Below, one piece after another: positions 58,130 through 64,000 of a stretch of DNA of 64,000 nucleotides. Origin of the DNA: an uncultured Chloroflexia bacterium (lineage in GTDB: Bacteria > Chloroflexota > Limnocylindria > Limnocylindrales > CSP1-4); NCBI GenBank assembly GCA_963718085.1, contig CAVQYA010000001.1:708811-772810 (forward strand), given 5' to 3'. Every line of letters begins with the position of its first letter. Position 1 is the first letter of the stretch. The notes below the pieces were generated by a model. The model had not been told where the DNA came from. It saw only the letters and a program-made list of their open reading frames with translations, and did no database searches. The translations under genes were made by a program, and so were the position numbers.

Positions 58130-58969
58130 ATGCACCCCTGGCACGAGGTGGGAGCCGGCGTCTTCGTCCGCCGCTACCCCTTCCTGGACCAGACGATCGG
58201 GGCGATCCTGGGGCGCGAGCGGGCGCTCGTGATCGACACGCGCGCCACCACCGTCCAGGCTCGCGAGCTGATCGAGGACCTGCGGCAGCTGACGCGCCTG
58301 CCCTGGGTCGTCGTCAACACCCACATGCACTTCGACCACGCCTTCGGCAACGCGGCCTTCCGGCCCTGCGAGATCTGGGCCCACGCGGGCTGCGCGCAGG
58401 CGCTGCGCCGGCAAGGGCCCGCCCAGCGCGAGAACGTCGTCCGGTGGGTGCCGGACCTTGCCGCGGAGATGAAGGCGACGCCGCTCGACCCGCCCGACCG
58501 AACCTTCGAGGAAGCCGTGGACCTCGACCTCGGCGGCGGCATCGTGGAGCTCCGCCACCTGGGGCGCGGCCACACCGACCACGACACCATCGTCCGCTCG
58601 CCCGACACGGGCATCGTCTTCGCCGGGGACCTCGTCGAGCAAGGGGCGCCGCCAGGCTTCGAGGATTCCTTCCCCCTCGACTGGCCGGCGACGCTGGGGA
58701 TGCTGCTGGACCTTGCCGACGGGGTGGTGGTGCCGGGCCACGGCGAGCCCGTCTCGCGCGACTTCGTCGAGAACCAGCTGACCGAGATCGCCTTCCTGGC
58801 GGAGACCGCCCGCCGCGCGTGGCCCGAGCTGCGCGCCGCCGGGCACAATCCGCGCGGCTGCGCCCCGCACACCCTCGTTAACGAGGCAGCACGCCACCTC
58901 GGCTGGCCGTCGGAGCCCGTCCACGCCGCCCTCGGCCGCGGCCTCGCCCAGGCGGCTGGGAACCTGTAG
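58130..58969 (+). CDS. metallo-beta-lactamase-fold hydrolase
   Basis: HxHxDH motif (NTHMHFDHAFG) plus downstream His/Asp ligands. 279 aa from ATG 58130. Confidence 0.75.
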   Translation: MHPWHEVGAGVFVRRYPFLDQTIGAILGRERALVIDTRATTVQARELIEDLRQLTRLPWVVVNTHMHFDHAFGNAAFRPCEIWAHAGCAQALRRQGPAQRENVVRWVPDLAAEMKATPLDPPDRTFEEAVDLDLGGGIVELRHLGRGHTDHDTIVRSPDTGIVFAGDLVEQGAPPGFEDSFPLDWPATLGMLLDLADGVVVPGHGEPVSRDFVENQLTEIAFLAETARRAWPELRAAGHNPRGCAPHTLVNEAARHLGWPSEPVHAALGRGLAQAAGNL

Positions 58970-59222
58970 GCGGGGGCACGGCACGGCGGCTCGCGCGCCG
59001 CACGGCGGCACGCGGCACGGCGAGTCTGTTCGGACTCACGACCGGGGGAACGCCGCACGAAACCCCCGCCGGACGCCGGGGAATCGGCCGTTGGACGCCC
59101 CGTTTCGTGCCCGGATGGCGGGTTCCCGAGTCTGCAGGGGATCGCGCCGCGGGCGCCGAGTGCGCGCCCGGACCTCTCGGCCGCGGCCTCGCCCATCCGG
59201 CCCGGACAGCTCGGCCGGGCGC

Positions 59223-60561
59223 TCAGGCTCCCGGGCGGGACGCCAGCGCGCCGAGCGTCGCCAGGAGGCGGTCGACCTCGTCGAAGGTCGTGTAGTGCAC
59301 CATGCCGAGCCGCACGACGCCCCCCGACGTCGCCAGGCCCAGGTCCTCCACGAGGGTCGTGGCGTAGAAGTCACCTTCCCACGCGTAGATCCCGGCCGCG
59401 GCCAGCGCCTCCGCCAGGCCGCGCGGCGTCCAGCCGGCCAGCGTCACCGCGAAGGTCGGGGTCCGCTCGGCGACCCGGGCCGGGTCGGCCAGGCCGTGGA
59501 CCTTCAGTCCGGGGATGCCGACAACCCCCGTCAGCAGCCGGGCCGACAGCTCGCGCTCGTAGGCTTCGATCGCCCGCATCGCGGACACCAGCCGGGCGCG
59601 CCGCGACGAGCCCGTCCCGGCGGGGGCCCCAGCGCCCGCCTCGCCCGAAGACCCGCCTACCCGGGCGCCCGACCCCGCCGCGCCCCCGGCGCCCGCCTCG
59701 CCTGCACCGAACCTCTCCCCTACCTCGGCGAGATACTCGACCGCGGCGAGCGTCCCGGCGATCCCCTCGTGGTTCTGCGTGCCAGTCTCCCAGCGATCCG
59801 ACGCCGGCCGGACCTTGTAGGCCGGTAGGGCCTCGAGAAGCTCGGTCCGTCCCCACAGGATCCCGAGGTGCGGCCCGAAGAACTTGTAGGCGGAGCAGGC
59901 CAGGAAGTCCGTCCCCAGCGTCGCCACGTCGATCAGGCCGTGCGGCGCGTAGTGGACCGCGTCGACGAACGTCCAGGCGCCGACCGCGTGCGCCCGTCGC
60001 ACGATCTCGGCCACCGGGTTGACCGTGCCCACGGCGTTGGAGGCATAGCCGACGGCCACGAGGCGCGTGCGCTCCGAGAGGACGTCGTCCAGGAAGCCCA
60101 GGTCGAGGGTGCAGGCAGCCGGGTCGAACGGGATCTCGCGGACCGTCGCCCCCGCGTCGGCCGCGGCCGCGATCCACGGCGCCCGATTCGCCTCGTGGTC
60201 CAGGCGCGAGATCACGACCTCGTCGCCGGGGCGCAGGACGCGCGCGATGGAGCGCGAGAGGGCGAAGGTCAGCGAGGTCATGTTCTGCCCGAACTTGACC
60301 TCCGCCGGCGAGGCGGCGCCCAGCAGGTCGGCCACCGCCTCGTGCGCCTCCTCGAGGATCGCGTCGCTGCGGACGCTGGTCGCGAAGGCGCCGCCGTGGT
60401 TCGCGTTGGCATCGCGGTAGTAGGCGACGACGGCGTCGATGACGCGCTGGGACACCTGCGTCCCGCCGGGTCCGTCGAGGAAGACGACCGGGCGCCCTTC
60501 CTGCGCGGGCGGCGAGCGAGGGGAACTGCGGTCGAAGGATGGCGGGATCGAAGGCGGACAT
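59223..60561 (-). CDS. cysteine desulfurase-like class V aminotransferase (NifS/SufS-like); apparent +1 frame change near 60495-60512
   Basis: Body has PLP motifs (SAYKFFGPH lysine). The conserved N-terminus MSAFDPAILRPQFPSLAA is in ORF frame 59371.., the remainder (EGRPVVFLDGPGGTQ...) in frame 59223... Confidence 0.65.
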
Positions 60562-60945
60562 CGGGCTCCTCGGGGACGGGGTGGGGCGGGACCATTGTCG
60601 CCGGGCACGCCGCTGGGCGCGGGCCGAGGCCGACCGACCCATTGTCGCCGAGTGGAACGGGAGGCGCGGGCCACCGCCAACCGGACCATAGTCCCCCCGG
60701 ACCCACGGGCCATTGCGGCGGGGCAACGGTCACCGTGACGATGCGAGCGTGACAGACCGACCCCACCGCCAGCCCCCGACTCTCCAGCCGCGCCTCGGCA
60801 TGAGCGCCTCGTCGTTCGGCGTCCGCGTGCTGCTCCAGCACGCGGCACGGGCAGAGCACGCCATGCCACCACCGCCCGCCCGAGCCCGCGGACTCGTCGC
60901 ACGTCCCTTCCGCCCGGCCTTCGGCCACCCCACCTTCTGACGCCG

Positions 60946-61464
60946 ATGGCCGTCGCCCAGCTCCCCGTCTGCCTCCAGTGCGGCACCCTTGCCCGCCGGC
61001 CCGGCGTCACGATCTGCGGCCGTTGCGGGCTCACGTTCGGCGAACGGCCCCGCGACGACGCCACGTTGCCGGTCTGCCCGGTCTGCTACCGCGAAGCCGA
61101 CCCCGACGGCCTCCTGCCCTCGCCCGTGACGCCGTCGCGCCGCGTCGCCCTGCCGCAGCACGTCGACGATCACGACCGGGCTCCCGTCGGTGACGACGAC
61201 TGGCTCGAGACGCTCCGGGAGGGCGACCGCGTCCGGATCGGGCGCTGGAAGGCCCCCTTCGATCTCGTCCGCCGCTACCTCGTGACCGGTGTCGTCGACG
61301 CGGGCAGGTCGCGCGCGGCTCGCCACGACGCCATCGTGACCGCCATGACCCAGGTCGCCCGGTGGGGTGCGGACGCGTCCGTCTTCGGCGATCAGCCCGA
61401 GTGGGCGGAGGCCAGGGCGGCCGTCGGCGACCTCATCGAACGCTACCACCGGGGGCACCGGTAG
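60946..61464 (+). CDS. hypothetical zinc-ribbon protein
   Basis: CLQCG...CGRCG and CPVCYRE motifs. 172 aa. Confidence 0.45.
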   Translation: MAVAQLPVCLQCGTLARRPGVTICGRCGLTFGERPRDDATLPVCPVCYREADPDGLLPSPVTPSRRVALPQHVDDHDRAPVGDDDWLETLREGDRVRIGRWKAPFDLVRRYLVTGVVDAGRSRAARHDAIVTAMTQVARWGADASVFGDQPEWAEARAAVGDLIERYHRGHR

Positions 61465-61532
61465 GAGGCTTTCCCTCCATCGGGCATCGGTACCGCGTCA
61501 GTGGCGAGTGGTCAAACGGGCCCGCACCCTTG

Positions 61533-62032
61533 TCAGCTCTCCAGGATTGGCAGCACCGCGTCGCGGAGCCACGCGAGGGCGTTCGCCGGGTCCCAGGCCA
61601 CTCCCGGTCGGAGGAGCGGGCGGACCTCATCGAAGGCGCGAGACGAGGCCTTGGCCGCGAGATTCCGTTCGAGGCTCGCTTGGCTCGGCACCGCGAGCCC
61701 GGAGCGCGCCATATAGACGCCGCGTGCTCGCCGATCTCCGACCGGCCCCGGCCGAGCCAGCCCAGGACAGCGCGCAGCCGATCGAGCGTCGGCCCGATCG
61801 GCTCCGGCTCCCGTTGTACGAAATCGAGGTCGTCCGAATACCGCGCTGCGGGAGGGAGATGCAGCTTGTGGAGCGCTGTACCGCCCCGAAAGGCGAGGTG
61901 CTCGCGGAGGAACCCGTCGGCGAAGACGTCGCACAGGGCGCGCGTGAGGACGAGGTCCTGCTCGACGTCGTCCTCGTCGGCCCACGGCGCGTGGTCCGCC
62001 CGCCAGGCCAGGATCTCCGCGCGCGGCAGCAT
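61533..62032 (-). pseudogene. AbiEii-like (DUF1814 nucleotidyltransferase) toxin remnant, frame-disrupted
   Basis: N-terminal ~100 aa (MLPRAEIL...FRGGTALHKLHLPPAARYSDDLDF) carry the NTase motif, then become Arg/Ser-rich junk. A plausible C-terminus (WDPANALAWLRDAVLPILES) is in another frame (ORF 61533..). Start ATGA overlaps the abiEi stop. Confidence 0.5.
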
Positions 62033-62862
62033 CAATCGGGCTCGATCGATTCGTTGATGACGATCCGCCAGCGCGGATTGCGGATGCCGGCCCGGCCGGC
62101 CCTCGGCACGAGCGGCACCCATCGCTCCGGGCGCGCCTCGATCCAACGGTGCAGTGGTGCCGCGCTGTCGGGTACCTCGAGCCACTCGAGCAGGTAGCCG
62201 AGCCGCGCGACATCGGCCACCGCAGGTTCTGTCGCGAGGACAGGCCGGAAGCGACTCGGGCGGAGCGCCGGTGCGAGGTCGCGCAGGACGGTGACGACGT
62301 TCCCCCACCCGCCCGCGCGGGCGCTGTAGCGGACAAGGTCGAGGGCGGTGAGTTCCGCCGTCGCGATGCGGTACCGGCCCGACGGCGCGTTGACGAGCTC
62401 AACAGGCGCCCTCGCCATGTCGCGGTTGACGACAAACTCGATCCGACTTCGGCCGACCTCGATCTGCCTGCGCTGGTGCAGCACGACAACCTGCACGACC
62501 TGGGCCGCCTGCGGGGACGCGCCGTGGTGGGCGGCCGCGGCCAGCAGGCCGACGTAGTACGCGAGCCCGAGGTACTCCATCATCGGGTCGAGGAAGAGGC
62601 GCCAGGACGGCGCGCCGACTCCGCGGTCCTCGAGCGGGACGACGACGTGGAAGCCGCGCGCCGGCGTGACAATGAGTCCCGCGGCCTCTGCCCGCGCGAG
62701 GGCGGCCGTCGTGCTCGCGGCGCTGACGGCAGGCTGCCGTCCGCGCGCCTCCTCGGTCGTGAACGCGTACTGCCCACGACCGGGCAGTCCGAGCAGCCAG
62801 GCGCGCAAGTCGCTCATATGCTGGATCATACGCTCTTCGTTCGCTGTTGCATATGATCGCAC
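62032..62862 (-). CDS. AbiEi-family type IV toxin-antitoxin antitoxin / transcriptional regulator
   Basis: 276 aa. N-terminal winged HTH and C-terminal AbiEi_4-like domain. Operonic with the AbiEii remnant. Confidence 0.6.
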   Translation of the reverse strand: MRSYATANEERMIQHMSDLRAWLLGLPGRGQYAFTTEEARGRQPAVSAASTTAALARAEAAGLIVTPARGFHVVVPLEDRGVGAPSWRLFLDPMMEYLGLAYYVGLLAAAAHHGASPQAAQVVQVVVLHQRRQIEVGRSRIEFVVNRDMARAPVELVNAPSGRYRIATAELTALDLVRYSARAGGWGNVVTVLRDLAPALRPSRFRPVLATEPAVADVARLGYLLEWLEVPDSAAPLHRWIEARPERWVPLVPRAGRAGIRNPRWRIVINESIEPD

Positions 62863-63075
62863 AGGCCATCCGGGGCGACGAAGTCACTGATCAACTCGAG
62901 GGTGCCAGTCGCGCCTCCGTCGGCCCGTCTGCGATACTCTTCGGGCGCCATCGACGGTTTCGCGCTGACCCTGGGAGCCGCGGTCGAGCTCCACCTCGCG
63001 CGAGCGGCGTCTCGATGAGCGACGAGCCGGGAGTCGCCGCCACGTGAGCGCCCAGATGCCAGCCTCGCCCGAGCG

Positions 63076-64000
<925 letters not shown>

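Noticed and set aside
56126-58969. 947-aa plus-strand ORF
   Set aside because: Antisense to the aldehyde dehydrogenase for most of its length. Only the final 279 codons (MBL-fold hydrolase) are credible.

Overview
High-GC (~70%+) bacterial chromosomal window, most likely Actinomycetota-like, with about 60 genes on both strands. Real genes are embedded in many spurious GC-driven long ORFs.

Core content: a 2-oxo acid dehydrogenase operon (lpdA, E1alpha, E1beta, E2, lipA, add), meaB plus a B12-binding mutase small subunit, folE, threonine dehydratase, arsR-trxA, a TPL/tryptophanase-family lyase, acyl-CoA dehydrogenase, class III aminotransferase, aldehyde dehydrogenase, cobB, pspA, partial glnS, tRNA-Arg(TCT) and tRNA-Glu(CTC).

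Most notable accessory region: a 13.6-kb, ten-gene, same-strand cluster with start/stop overlaps (28546-42160). It joins a GldG-like secreted/membrane protein, an ABC ATPase, an ABC-2 permease and three small membrane/coiled-coil/(GQ)n proteins to a MoxR AAA+ ATPase, a DUF58 protein, a BatA-like VWA protein and a giant double-VWA protein.

Other notable content: a DgcN/DgcA-like (DUF1611 + enolase-superfamily epimerase) pair beside tRNA-Glu; two toxin-antitoxin-like pairs (RHH/DUF433 + DUF5615; AbiEi + decayed AbiEii); an orphan DNA methyltransferase and an Xis-like HTH gene flanking tRNA-Arg; a zinc-ribbon gene trio; a palindromic candidate ArsR operator; and several tandem repeats.

At least six conserved genes show apparent frameshifts. 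This suggests uncorrected indel errors in the assembly, or ongoing pseudogenisation. No CRISPR array, rRNA, integrase or transposase was recognised.
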